Source: an uncultured delta proteobacterium
GTDB taxonomy: Bacteria; Desulfobacterota; Binatia; JACPRU01
Assembly: GCA_963745025.1 (NCBI GenBank)
Contig: CAVUWD010000016.1
Coordinates: 992,001-1,056,000 of the forward strand
DNA: 64,000 nt
Reading direction: 5' to 3'
The notes under the pieces are model-generated. The model made no database searches, was not told where the DNA came from, and saw nothing but the letters and a program-made list of their open reading frames with translations. Below, in pieces: positions 28,663-39,110 of the stretch (positions are counted from its first letter, which is position 1; every line of letters starts with the position of its first letter). The position numbers and the translations under genes are program-made.

Positions 28663-29007
28663 GTGACGATGGGGCTCGCGAAACCGATCACCGAATTCGA
28701 CGCGGTCAAGACCTGGGGCGAGGGACTGCGCAAGCAGTGGGGGGGTGATCTCCTCGTCGAAGAGCCGCAGATGGTCGAGGCGCTGCGGGAATTCTGCGAT
28801 TTCGTCGGCGAAGATCCCGACTCGATCATCGCCAAGCTCTTCCGCATCCGCAAGGCCGACGGGGAGCGGGTGCTGTCGGTGAAGTGGCGCACCCATTACG
28901 CCGATAAGATCAAGGAGTTTCGTGCGCGCGAGGGAGAGGGTGGCTTGCGGCGCGGCGCGGACGTGCTCTCGTTCCTGATTCACAACGGGGTGCTCATCCA
29001 GGTCTAG
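28663..29007 (+). CDS. Small hypothetical protein
   Basis: Fills the operon gap with GC3-rich codons; EFCDFVGEDPDSII...SFLIHNGV. Confidence 0.75.
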   Translation: MTMGLAKPITEFDAVKTWGEGLRKQWGGDLLVEEPQMVEALREFCDFVGEDPDSIIAKLFRIRKADGERVLSVKWRTHYADKIKEFRAREGEGGLRRGADVLSFLIHNGVLIQV

Positions 29008-29019
29008 AGAGCGCTCGTA

Positions 29020-30042
29020 ATGGCGAATAAGCGTCGTTACTGGGGAGTCTTGCCGCCGCTGCCGGGTCCGGTGCTCGACGGCGTGGTAAAGCAGTGCGAG
29101 GCGATGGGCCTCGAGGGAATCTGGGCAGTCCAGCTCTGGGGCCCGCCCTTCGTCACGCTGGGCGCCGCGGCGATGGCGTCCAGCCGCTTGAAGCTCGGCA
29201 CGGGTGTCGCCCTCGCCTTCGTGCGCAGCCCGCTCGAGACCGCCTCCGCGGCGCTCGACGTCGACACGATCAGCGGTGGCCGAATGGTGCTCGGCCTGGG
29301 TCCGTCGGTCCGCTGGTGGAACGAGCAGTGGTACGGCGTCCACTACGGGAAGCCGATCCCGCATCTCCGCGAAGCCGTCGCGCTCATCCGCACGATCATC
29401 GAGAAGGGGCACACCGGTGAGCTCGGCAAGTGGGAGAGCGAGTACTACAAGCTCGATCTCGACCGCTTCAAGACGATCGCTCCACCGGTACGGACGCACA
29501 TTCCCATCGTTCTGCCGGCGCTCTACGAGACGGCCATGCAGGTTGCCGGCGAGATCGCCGACGGCCTCGCGCCGCACCCGATCTCGAGCGAGCAATGGAT
29601 CCTCGAGCGCATCGTGCCGAACTTGAAGAAGGGCCTCGACAAAGCCGGGAAGAAGCGCTCCGACTTCGACCTCAACGTCTGGTTCTACGTCGCTCCGAGC
29701 AACGACCGAAAGCAAGCGATCGACGAGACGCGCCGGACGGTCATGTTCTACGCGCTGCACTCGCAGTACGAGAAGTACTTCGCGGCCAACGGCTTCGGGA
29801 AGGAAGCCAGGGCGATCGCGGAGGCGTCGCGGGCGAAAGACGAGGCGAGCATGCTGCGAGCCTGCACGGACGAGATGGTCGAGAAGTTCGCCATCGTCGG
29901 CGCACCGGACGAGGTGCGGCGGCGAATCGATCGCATCGCCGAGATCGCCGATTCGTTCACGCTCTGCTCGCCATACGTCGCGCTGTCCCCCGAGCGGATC
30001 GGCTTCTACAACGAGCAGATCGCGAAGACCTTCTACCTCTGA
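29020..30042 (+). CDS. LLM-class flavin/F420-dependent oxidoreductase
   Basis: LGTGVALAFVRSP, SGGRMVLGLG, AGEIADG. Confidence 0.9.
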   Translation: MANKRRYWGVLPPLPGPVLDGVVKQCEAMGLEGIWAVQLWGPPFVTLGAAAMASSRLKLGTGVALAFVRSPLETASAALDVDTISGGRMVLGLGPSVRWWNEQWYGVHYGKPIPHLREAVALIRTIIEKGHTGELGKWESEYYKLDLDRFKTIAPPVRTHIPIVLPALYETAMQVAGEIADGLAPHPISSEQWILERIVPNLKKGLDKAGKKRSDFDLNVWFYVAPSNDRKQAIDETRRTVMFYALHSQYEKYFAANGFGKEARAIAEASRAKDEASMLRACTDEMVEKFAIVGAPDEVRRRIDRIAEIADSFTLCSPYVALSPERIGFYNEQIAKTFYL

Positions 30043-30050
30043 GTCTCCGC

Positions 30051-31214
30051 ATGGAAACCGCCAAGCCCCGCGACGTCGGCGTCGACCCCGAGCGGGTGGA
30101 TCACTTCTTCCGCGTCGTCGAGCGCCGGATCGAGGAAAAGTGGCTGTTCGGGGGCAGCTTCCTGATCGCTCGCCGCGGCCGGATCGTCGCCGCCAGGGCT
30201 GTCGGTCACGTCGACGCCGAGCGTCGGCGGCCCGCCCGTCCAGACGACATCTACTGCATTTTTTCCACCAGCAAGCCGATCACGTCGACGACTCTCTTGA
30301 TGCGGGTCGATCGCGGCGACATTCGTCTGGTCGACAAGGTCGCCGAGTTCATCCCGGAATTCGCGGTCGCCGGAAAGGGCGGCATCACCATCGCCCAACT
30401 ACTGACCCATACGGCCGGCTTCCCGACCCTTCCAGCCGACTGGCCGATGGAGCAGTGGAAAGACTGGGACGCCACGATCGCGCGCGTCTGCGCGTTGCCG
30501 CTCGAATTCGAGCCGGGAACCGCCGTGCAGTATCATGCGCTCAACGCCCACTGGATCATGGCCGAGATCGTGCGGCGTCTCGACGGCGGCAAGCGAAGCT
30601 TCGCCGAGATCTGCAGCGACGAGATCTATCGCCCGCTGAAGATGCCGGATTCTCACATGGGGGTGCGCGCGGACATGCGCGAGCGCCTCGTGCCCTTGCG
30701 CGCGCTCGACGCGGAGAGCATCCCCTTCCCGTTCGCGCTGCTCGAGGCCTTCGATCTTCCCGAGGTTCAACCGGCGATGATTCCGGGCGGCGGCTCCCGC
30801 TCGACGATCTTCGATCTCGCGCGCTTCTACCAGATGTGGCTGAACGGCGGAGAGCTCGACGGGGTGCGGCTGCTTTCGCCGGCGATGGTCGATCTCGCCA
30901 CGACGATCCACACCGGCGACCAAGGCGATCGTCTGTTTGAAATTCTGCGCGTGATGAACCGCTGGCCGCACGTCCCTGCCAACCGCGGGCTCGGCTTCTG
31001 GATCCGCGGCGTCGGGATCTTTCCCAGCTATTTCGGCTCGCTCGCCTCGCCCTGCACCTTCGGTCATGCCGGGGCGAGCAGCATCGTGGCGTGGGCCGAT
31101 CCGGCACGAGAGCTCGTGTTCGTCGGGCTGACGGCCGGCCTCATCGACGAAGCGCGAAGCATCCTTCGCTGGCATCAACTCTCCGACCTCGCGCAGGCGT
31201 GCGTCGTCGACTGA
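30051..31214 (+). CDS. Serine hydrolase, beta-lactamase class C/esterase family
   Basis: SxxK (STSK), LLTHTAG, FEPGTAVQYH, FGHAG. Confidence 0.9.
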   Translation: METAKPRDVGVDPERVDHFFRVVERRIEEKWLFGGSFLIARRGRIVAARAVGHVDAERRRPARPDDIYCIFSTSKPITSTTLLMRVDRGDIRLVDKVAEFIPEFAVAGKGGITIAQLLTHTAGFPTLPADWPMEQWKDWDATIARVCALPLEFEPGTAVQYHALNAHWIMAEIVRRLDGGKRSFAEICSDEIYRPLKMPDSHMGVRADMRERLVPLRALDAESIPFPFALLEAFDLPEVQPAMIPGGGSRSTIFDLARFYQMWLNGGELDGVRLLSPAMVDLATTIHTGDQGDRLFEILRVMNRWPHVPANRGLGFWIRGVGIFPSYFGSLASPCTFGHAGASSIVAWADPARELVFVGLTAGLIDEARSILRWHQLSDLAQACVVD

Positions 31215-31226
31215 CCCTCGAAAGGA

Positions 31227-32797
31227 GTGATCCATTTGGCTCGAGCTCAGAGCGCACTGGAACAAACGATTCGCCAGCACGCGGCGAAGCAGCCGAAGGA
31301 AGTCTGGCTGAAATGGAAGGACGGCGGCTACTCCTACGCGGACGTTCTTTCCAACGCCCAGCGCGCCGCGAACGGTCTCGCCGCGCTCGGCGTGAAGCCG
31401 GGCGAGCGCGTCGCCATCATGATGGGAAACCGCCCGGAATTTCTATGGGTGCACTTCGGCATCAACTTCATCGGCGCGCATTCGGTGCCGATCAACACCT
31501 CGCAGCGCGGAGCGACGCTGCAGCACATTCTCGCGAACTCCGACTCCGTCGCGGTGGTCTTCGAGGATGCGCTCCGCGACGCGGTGCTTTCGGCCAAGGA
31601 CAAGGTGCCGACGCTGCGCGCGACCGGTGGTCGCAGACGGGCCCGCCGGAGGGGGCGTCGATTGGACGCTCGATCGCCTTCTCTCGCATCCCGATCGTGA
31701 GCCGGACGTCGAGGTGAAGGAGCCGTCCGCCGCGGTCGGCATGATGTACACGTCGGGCACCACCGGACCGCCGAAGGGCGTGGTCGCGACCGGTTACGAC
31801 ATGGCCCCCCTCGCCATCATGTTCGAGGCGCTCCGCGTCAAGCCGGGGGAGACCATGTACACGCCGCTGCCGCTCTTCCACGGCAACGCGCTCCTCATCT
31901 CGGCGATCGGTTCGATCACGATCGGGGCGAAGCTGGCGCTTGCCGAGAAGTTCAGCGCCTCGCGGTTCTGGGACGATTGCCGGAAGTACGACGCGGTCGA
32001 GTTCAACACGCTCGGCGCCATGATCCCGATCCTCATGAAACAGCCGCCCAAGCCGAACGATCGCGACAATCCCGTGCGGGTCGTGCGTCTCGGCCGCGTG
32101 CCCCGCCAACGTCTGGCGCGAGTTCGAGCAGCGATTCGACGTCCGCCTCATCGAGTTCTACGGCATGGTCGACTCACCGGGATTCCTGATGAACGACGTC
32201 GGAAAGGTCGGCGCGATGGGCAAGCCGCTGGGCGGCGTCGAGTTTCGCGTCGTCGACGACCACGACCAGCCGCTACCCCCAGGAAAGATCGGCGAGCTCG
32301 TCTTTCGCCACCCCAGGGGTCCGCTGACGCTGTATTACAAGCTGCCGGAGGCGACCGCGGAAGCGTACCGCGGCGGCTGGTTCCATTCGGGGGACCTCGC
32401 CGAGTGCGACGCGGAGGGTTTCTACTATTTCCGCGGACGGAAGAAGGCCTCGATGCGCAGGCGCGGCGAGAACATCTCCGCCTGGGAGATCGAGTCGGTG
32501 CTGAACGAGCATCCGTCCGTGCTCGAGTCCGCGGCGTATGCCGTACCCTCCGACCTCGGCGAGGACGAGGTCATGGTGGCCGTCGTCCTGCGACCAGGGG
32601 AGTCTCTCTCCCCGAGTGGGCTGCTGGATTTTTGCCGGGGTAGGATGGCGCATTACGCGATCCCGCGCTACGTTGACTTCGTGGAGGAGATCCCGAAGAC
32701 CGGAACCCACCGGGTGCAGTACGGGGTGCTGCGCGAGCGCGGTATCTCGGCGACCGCGTGGGATCGAGAGAAGGCCGGGTATCAGGTGAAAAAATGA
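31227..32797 (+). pseudogene. Acyl-CoA ligase (CaiC-like) split by two +1 frameshifts at ~31626 and ~32086; may be a sequencing error
   Basis: YTSGTTGPPKG, FYGM, WFHSGDL and RRRGENIS lie in different frames; removing 2 nt gives 523 codons. Confidence 0.85.
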
Positions 32798-32798
32798 C

Positions 32799-32866
32799 GG
32801 CTACCGACTACAGACTACCGGGAAAAACATCGCGAAGTCTTTTCCTGTAACTTGTAGCCCTTAGCC
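32799..32866. repeat. Heptamer-arm hairpin element, copy 5
   Basis: GGCTACC GACTACA GACTACC...ATCGCGAAGTCTTTTCC TGTAACT TGTAGCC CTTAGCC. Confidence 0.8.
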
Positions 32867-32887
32867 AAGATTCGAAAGGAGCCAATC

Positions 32888-34117
32888 ATGGCAGACAACG
32901 TCGTAGTCGCAGGCGTCGGCATGACGCGATTCGGAAAATTCCTCGAGCGCGGGGTGCGCTCGCTCGCGGAGGAGGCGGTCAGCGGTGCGCTGAAGGATGC
33001 CGGCCTCGAGGCCAAGGACGTCCAGACTGCGTACTTCGCCAATGCCGTATCGGGTCTGATGACCGGCCAGGAGATGATCCGTGGCCAGGTGGCGCTGCGG
33101 AACACCGGACTGCTCGGCATCCCGATCTTCAACGTCGAGAATGCCTGCGCCTCGGCGGCTTCCGCGTTCCATCTCGCGTGGCTGGCCGTCGCCTCGGGAC
33201 AGTACGACGTCGCTCTCGCCGTGGGTGCGGAGAAGCTCTCCCACGAGGACAAGACGCGCGCGTTTCGCGCGATCGGCACCGCCGTCGACCTCGAGTCGCT
33301 GCAGGAGCTCAAGAAAAGGATGGCGGAAACCCAATCCAAAGGGGCGGGTCCCGAGGACGAGAAGGCCGGTCAGAACCGCTCGTTCTTCATGGACGTCTAC
33401 GCGTCGATGACGCGCGAGTACATGAAGCAGAGCGGCGCCACGGCCGCGGACTTCGCCGACGTCGCGGTCAAGAACCACGACCACGGCGCGCTGAATCCTC
33501 GGGCCCAGTACCGCAACCACTGCACTCGCGAAGAGGTGCTCGCCTCGCGAGAGATCTCTGCGCCGCTCACCTTGATGATGTGCTCGCCGATCGGCGACGG
33601 CGCGGCCGCCGCGATCCTCTGCTCGGACAAAATCGCGAGCCGTCTGGGGGTCCGCAAGCCGATCGCCGTGCGGGCATCGGTGCTGTTATCGGGGCGCGAC
33701 CGCAAGGCGGACGAGCCGGGCGCCACCGAGCGTGCGGCGAAGCGCGCCTACGAGATCGCCGCGATCGGCCCCGAAGACATCAATGTGATCGAAGTGCACG
33801 ACGCCGCCGCTCCGGCCGAGCTGATGGTCTACGAGGACATGGGATTCTGCAAGAGCGGTGAAGGACCCGCCCTGCTTCGCACCGGTCAGACCAAGCTCGG
33901 CGGCAAGCACGTGGTCAATCCGAGCGGCGGCCTGCTCGCCAAGGGCCACCCGATCGGCGCCACGGGCATCGCTCAGATCTTCGAGATCTGCGAGCAGCTG
34001 CGCGGCAACGCGGGCGAGCGCCAAGTGTCGGGCGCCCGCGTCGGCATGACCGAGAACGGCGGAGGCTTCCTCGGCCGCGACGCCGCGGCCATGTCGGTTC
34101 ACATCTTCCAGAGCTAG
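32888..34117 (+). CDS. Thiolase-family (SCP2/lipid-transfer type) protein
   Basis: NACASA, DGAAA, IEVHDA, KGHPIGATG. Confidence 0.92.
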   Translation: MADNVVVAGVGMTRFGKFLERGVRSLAEEAVSGALKDAGLEAKDVQTAYFANAVSGLMTGQEMIRGQVALRNTGLLGIPIFNVENACASAASAFHLAWLAVASGQYDVALAVGAEKLSHEDKTRAFRAIGTAVDLESLQELKKRMAETQSKGAGPEDEKAGQNRSFFMDVYASMTREYMKQSGATAADFADVAVKNHDHGALNPRAQYRNHCTREEVLASREISAPLTLMMCSPIGDGAAAAILCSDKIASRLGVRKPIAVRASVLLSGRDRKADEPGATERAAKRAYEIAAIGPEDINVIEVHDAAAPAELMVYEDMGFCKSGEGPALLRTGQTKLGGKHVVNPSGGLLAKGHPIGATGIAQIFEICEQLRGNAGERQVSGARVGMTENGGGFLGRDAAAMSVHIFQS

Positions 34118-34127
34118 CACAGGGCGA

Positions 34128-34167
34128 GAACGTGCGGGGCGCCAGCGCGAGGCGCCCCGCCCCGTTC
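34128..34167. terminator. GC-rich hairpin between convergent genes (possible terminator)
   Basis: GCGGGGCGCC/GGCGCCCCGC 10-bp stem; no clear U-tract. Confidence 0.4.
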
Positions 34168-34251
34168 GCGATGAGGATTCTCAACCTCCCCCTCATCGCG
34201 CGATCGGGGACGGGATAGGCTCGCCGCGTCGTCGCAGACGCCGCCGTGAGC

Positions 34252-35184
34252 CTACCCCGAAATGAGCTTCGCCAGCGCGCGTGCCAGAGCCGCGGGCTCG
34301 AGCAGGTCCGCGAGGACCGGTTCGATCCCGAGTCGTCGGATCGCGTCGGCATCGGCGCGATCCGAGCGGTCCAACAGGAACCGATCGACCAGGGATGCAT
34401 ATCGCGCGGCGATCGCCGCGGGCCGATCCTGGGCGCCCTCGGCCTCGAGCACGCGCCGGCGGGCGCGCGCGTGCTGTGCGATGTTCGCGCTTCGGCCCCG
34501 CCGCCGCACGACGACCGGCGAAACCGCCATGCGCCGGGGCACCGCGCGCACCGCGGACTTCATGCCGGGTAGCGCGAGGATCGCACCGATCGACGTGATC
34601 GGGTTACTCGGTCCGAGCACGACGGCGTCGGCGTCGGCCAACACGTCGAGCGCCGCAGGCGACGCTGGAGCGCGCGACAAGATCGTCCGACGCAGGCGCG
34701 GCCGGGCACGCTCTCTCACGTACCATTCCTGAAAATCGAGCGTGCGGCGATCGCAAAGAACGAATCGAGTCGCCGCCGTCGCGTCGGCCGCGGGCACGAC
34801 CGTCACCCCTCGCACGCCGACCTTGGAGGACAGTTCGCGGGTTACGTCGGTGAGCCTCCTTCCCGAGCGCAGGAGCCGAGTCCGTTCGAGGTGCATCGCC
34901 AGATCCTGGTCACCGATCCCGAACCAGCTCTGGGTGCGGAGCGATCCCAAGCATTCGCAAACCCGGAACGTTTCCCCACGGCGTCCCCATCCGCGCTTCC
35001 CGTCCCACACGCCGGCAAGCGCGTAGAGGATCGAGTCGACGTCCGGGCATACGCGCAGCCCCATCCACTCCAGGTCGTCGCCGACGTTGGCGATGACCGC
35101 GAGCCGTCCGGGGCCGAGCACCCGCCCGAGCTCCGGAGCCAGCCGCGCCCCACCGAGCCCCCCGGAGAGAAGAACGACCTTCAT
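34252..35184 (-). CDS. cofD: 2-phospho-L-lactate transferase (F420 biosynthesis, CofD/FbiA)
   Basis: LSGGLGGA, NVGDD, VCPDVDS, WFGIGDQD, FQEWYV, GPSNPITSI. Confidence 0.9.
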   Translation of the reverse strand: MKVVLLSGGLGGARLAPELGRVLGPGRLAVIANVGDDLEWMGLRVCPDVDSILYALAGVWDGKRGWGRRGETFRVCECLGSLRTQSWFGIGDQDLAMHLERTRLLRSGRRLTDVTRELSSKVGVRGVTVVPAADATAATRFVLCDRRTLDFQEWYVRERARPRLRRTILSRAPASPAALDVLADADAVVLGPSNPITSIGAILALPGMKSAVRAVPRRMAVSPVVVRRRGRSANIAQHARARRRVLEAEGAQDRPAAIAARYASLVDRFLLDRSDRADADAIRRLGIEPVLADLLEPAALARALAKLISG

Positions 35185-35265
35185 CTGGCTCCGCACCTAA
35201 CAAAAAGAACGGCGGGAAGCATCTCCGGTCGCCCCGTGCGCTCGAAGGCTCGCGCCTCGATCAGA

Positions 35266-35361
35266 GCCGATCACCTCGCCCCACACGATCTGCCAGCGGC
35301 CGATTCGGAAGCTCATCAGCGCCGCGGAGAGATCGAGGTCGACGAACAGCTCGTGTATCTC
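35266..35361 (-). pseudogene. Possible internal remnant of a DUF1302-type outer-membrane protein gene
   Basis: IHELFVD...FRIGRWQIVWGE resembles the E.YVD...RlGrQ.ivWGE motif. Confidence 0.4.
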
Positions 35362-35542
35362 TGCGGAACGTCGTTGAACGAGATGAATCTGTTCGTCCCG
35401 TCCCGGATGCGAAACAGGTTCTGCGTCTGCGGGGCGTCCGGGGTGTTGCGATTTCGGACCTCTCACGGGAGGGAGGGACCGTGGACGCCGGGCTGAAAAT
35501 TTTGCGAGTCAGATGTGCGAGGCTTCTGACGAGCTTGGACGC

Positions 35543-36598
35543 TCAGCCGAGGCAGAGCTTCCACGTCTTCCCGCCGTCGGTCGTACGCAGAATATAACCG
35601 TAGCCGCCCACCAGCCAGCCGTTCTGAGCATCGGCGAAGTCCACCGAACGCAGCCAAGTGTAGATCGGCATGCCGAGATCGGCGCGGGTCCATTCGGCCT
35701 GACCCGGCGGCAGATGAAGCACCTCTCCTGCCGCCCCGACCGCCCACGCAGTGCCGTCGGCGGTCACGTAGGGTTGGTAGAGCGGATCGCGGATCGGGAA
35801 CGCGAGCTTCATGGGCTCGAACCGCCACGTCGCGCCGCTGTCCCTGGTCCGCACGATCTTTCCGTCGAGACCAGCCGCGAGACCTTCCTGGTCGCTGATC
35901 ATGAACTCGCCGAAGAAAGTCGGCAGATCCATCACGTCGACGACGCCGGACTCGGGCGTCATCAGCGAGTTTTGATGCGGTATCCAGTTCTGCCCTCCGT
36001 CGGTGCTCTTCAGGAGTTGCCCGAACTCACCCGCGATCCATCCCGTCTGCTCGTTCGTGAAGCGGATGTCGTAGAAGATCGGATCCTGCATGGCGAGCGC
36101 CGTATCGGTGTCGGTCGCTTCGGTCGCGCGCGTCACCTCCCGAGCCTTCCAGGTCTTGCCGCCGTCGGTCGTCTCGGTCACCGTCGACCTGTCGCCCACG
36201 GCGAATCCGTGATTGTCGTTGATGAAGAAGATCGAGAAGAGATAGGCCTTCGTGCCGCTCTCCTGCTTCTGCCACGTCTTGCCGCCGTCCGCGGAATGTA
36301 AGATCAGTCCCTGCTGACCCGCGATCCACAGCTGGTTGCCGCGCACGAAGATCTTGTAGAGCGCGAGATCGGTGCCGCTATCGATCCTGTTGAAGGTCGC
36401 GCCGCCATCTGTCGTCTCGAGCATCTTGCCGCCGTAGCCGACGATCAGCGCGCGGTCCGACGAAAGCGCCTTCACGTCGTAGAACTTGTCGGAGAAGTAG
36501 ATCTTTTGATCGCTGAGTGGGACGTTCTCCGTCTCCGAATGGCAAGCCCCCAGCATGGCGCTCAGCCCGAGCGCGGCCAAGGAAATCCGAAGGTGCAT
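35543..36598 (-). CDS. YCF48-related/BNR-repeat lipoprotein
   Basis: Lipobox LGAC; multiple TDGGxTW; distant paralog of 10165..11259 (DKF.DVK, DPIFY, GEFGQ). Confidence 0.9.
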   Translation of the reverse strand: MHLRISLAALGLSAMLGACHSETENVPLSDQKIYFSDKFYDVKALSSDRALIVGYGGKMLETTDGGATFNRIDSGTDLALYKIFVRGNQLWIAGQQGLILHSADGGKTWQKQESGTKAYLFSIFFINDNHGFAVGDRSTVTETTDGGKTWKAREVTRATEATDTDTALAMQDPIFYDIRFTNEQTGWIAGEFGQLLKSTDGGQNWIPHQNSLMTPESGVVDVMDLPTFFGEFMISDQEGLAAGLDGKIVRTRDSGATWRFEPMKLAFPIRDPLYQPYVTADGTAWAVGAAGEVLHLPPGQAEWTRADLGMPIYTWLRSVDFADAQNGWLVGGYGYILRTTDGGKTWKLCLG

Positions 36599-36789
36599 GC
36601 GGGGTCCTCCTTACGAATCAGGAGAAGCGGATTCGCTCATTTTATTGAAGATTTCGCTCCCCCCTAACAAACCGCCCTTCCGAGTGTCAAGGAATTCCAG
36701 CAGTTACGGTGGGGACGTTTCACCGCTTTCGCAGCCCTTGACGAATACGTCGGACGCAAGACTCCCAAAGCCGTGAAACTTCCTTTTCA

Positions 36790-37263
36790 CTACTTCTTGG
36801 GAAACCACTTGGCCATGTCGGCGGGCTCGATGACCTCCTCCTGCCGGTCGACCTTCCAGCCCCCGTCCTCCTTCACCAGCGTGTAGAGCTCGTACTCCTC
36901 CACGCCGAGCTGGTTTAAGAACTTGTCTTGAGAGGAGAGAATGTTCGGCACCAGCGCTTTGTCGCCTTCTTGTTTCCCGGGCAGGACCTTGAAGTCGAAG
37001 ATCTTCGCCTCCGAGAAGGCGAAGATGTACTGCGACTCTTTCACCCATACCTCCTTCGACTTCACCTGTCCGCTCTTGCGGTCGGTCTTCATGGCCTTGG
37101 AAACGACGTCGTACGCCTTGTCGAACTGCTGATTCTGGAGCGCATTCAGATAGCGCTTCAGGATCTCCTCGGGGGAGGGCTCTTCGGCTCGGCCGAGCCC
37201 CACGCTGAACGCTACGATGAGCGCGATCCCGAGCAACGAGATCCGCAAACACGGCGTCACCAT
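36790..37263 (-). CDS. Secreted hypothetical protein (NTF2-like/DUF4878-like)
   Basis: Signal peptide; SPEEILKRYLNAL...KAYD and LVKEDGGWKV. Confidence 0.75.
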   Translation of the reverse strand: MVTPCLRISLLGIALIVAFSVGLGRAEEPSPEEILKRYLNALQNQQFDKAYDVVSKAMKTDRKSGQVKSKEVWVKESQYIFAFSEAKIFDFKVLPGKQEGDKALVPNILSSQDKFLNQLGVEEYELYTLVKEDGGWKVDRQEEVIEPADMAKWFPKK

Positions 37264-37620
37264 AGCGCACCTCCAGACCTGCGGTTCTGCTTAGAGGAAG
37301 ATCGCCGCGTTTACAAACTGACAATCCTGAAGACGGCGGCTGCCGCTGCGAGCTGGGAGGCTCCGTCACCGATCGCTGCCGCTGGCCGCGATCCCGGCTC
37401 CGGCCGAGCAGCGCAGACTCGCCCGCGGTTCTGTACCCGGGCACCGGCCGTCGACGCCGCCCTTCGATTCGCTACGCTACGCACGCGGCGCCCGCCAAGC
37501 CGGCGCGCCGGTTGCGCAGTGGGAATCGCCGCCGACGTCCAGCGCCGCCCCCCTTCCTATCCGCGGCCGGCGACGGTAGAAGTTGCGGTTGTGTCCCTCG
37601 CGGAAAAGGAGGACTCCGTC

Positions 37621-39110
37621 ATGTCACAGTATGCGCGTACGAGCGCCTGAGCTTCCTCGACAACTCCTTCCTCATCATGGAAGGTCCGACTACGCCGATG
37701 CACGTGGCGGGAACGGCGACATACGAAGTCGGCTCGTTGCGCACACCGGAAGGTGGCATCGACATCGATCGCATCCGCGGCTACGTGAACTCGCGGCTCC
37801 ACTTGATCCCGCGCTACCGCCAGCGCCTGGCGTTCATCCCGCTCGAGAACCATCCCGTGTGGATCGACGATGCCTACTTCAACATCCATTACCACGTCCG
37901 ACACGCGGCGCTGCCGCGGCCAGGGGACGAGCGCCAGCTGAAACGCCTCGCTGCGCGCATCATGGCGCAGCACCTCGATCGCTCGAAGCCGCTCTGGGAG
38001 ATGTGGGTCGTGGAGGGCCTCGAGGGTGGCGACAACTTTGCGGTGATCTCCAAGATCCATCACTGCATGATCGACGGGATGTCGAGCGTGGATCTGCTGA
38101 ACGTGCTCTTGCGGCCCGATCCCGTCGACTCCTTCGAGCCGGCGCCCGATTGGCTTCCGCGACCCGAACCCACATCGTTCGACCTGCTGCGCGACGCCGC
38201 TTACCGCTACGCCGCCCTCCCCTTCGAGCTCGGTCGAAACCTGCAGGACGTCGTGCGTCAGGCGCGCGACCCACGCTCGGACCTGCGCGCTCGGCTTCGC
38301 GCGGTGCGCGACACGCTCGGTACGAGCCTCCGGCGTCCCTCGTCGACGCCACTCAACCAGCCGATCGGTCCGCACCGCCGTTTCGATTGGCTGGCGATGG
38401 ACCTCGCTCGCGTGAAGGAAGTCAAGAACGTCGTCGGGGGCACTTTGAACGACGTCGTTCTGGCCACGGTCGCCGGCGCCGTCCGCCGCTTTCTCAAGCG
38501 TCGTCGAGTTCGTCCCGAACACCTCGATTTCCGCGTCATGGCGCCGGTCAGCGTCCGCGCCGCGGAAGAGCGTGGCAGGCTCGGCAACCGCGTCTCCGCA
38601 TGGATGGTGCCGATGCCGCTCGACGAACGTGACCCTCGCCGGCGGCTCGAACGCATTCGCGAAACCACCACCGCGCTCAAGGACTCGAAGCAGGCGCTCG
38701 GCGCGGAGGTCTTGACGGCGGTCGGTGAATGGACACCCTCGACCCTGCTGTCACTCGGAGCCCAGCTGGCCACGCGGCGTCTGCCGTTCAATCTCGTCGT
38801 CACCAACGTGCCAGGCCCGCAGGTACCCCTCTACCTGCTCGGCGCGCGCATGCTCGACAACTACGGTCTGGTGCCGCTGACGGACAATCTCTGCCTCGGC
38901 ATCGTGCTGTTCAGCTATGCGGGCAAGCTTTGCTGGGGATTCACCGCCGACTGGGATCTCATTCCCGATCTCCACGACTTCGTCCTGGACGTCGAGCGCT
39001 CGTTTCGTGAGCTCGCGGAGCTCACTCCGCTCGAAGTCTCCGCCGAGCCTACGAACGGAAAGCGTCGCCAGCGAGCCCACGCGCGCGAGGCCGCTTCCTC
39101 CCCCGCGTAG
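37621..39110 (+). CDS. Wax ester/triacylglycerol synthase (WS/DGAT) with an apparent +2 frameshift at ~37635
   Basis: HHCMIDG catalytic motif, PLWEMW, TNVPGP; AAGGAGG-ATG at 37621 is out of frame by an extra CG. Confidence 0.88.

Noticed and set aside
29430-30050. Apparent N-terminal extension of the serine hydrolase
   Set aside because: Overlaps the LLM gene in another frame and is Arg-rich with no motifs; ATG 30051 follows the LLM stop
30051-31214. Beta-lactamase resistance gene
   Set aside because: No signal peptide, and the catabolic context points to a family VIII-type esterase
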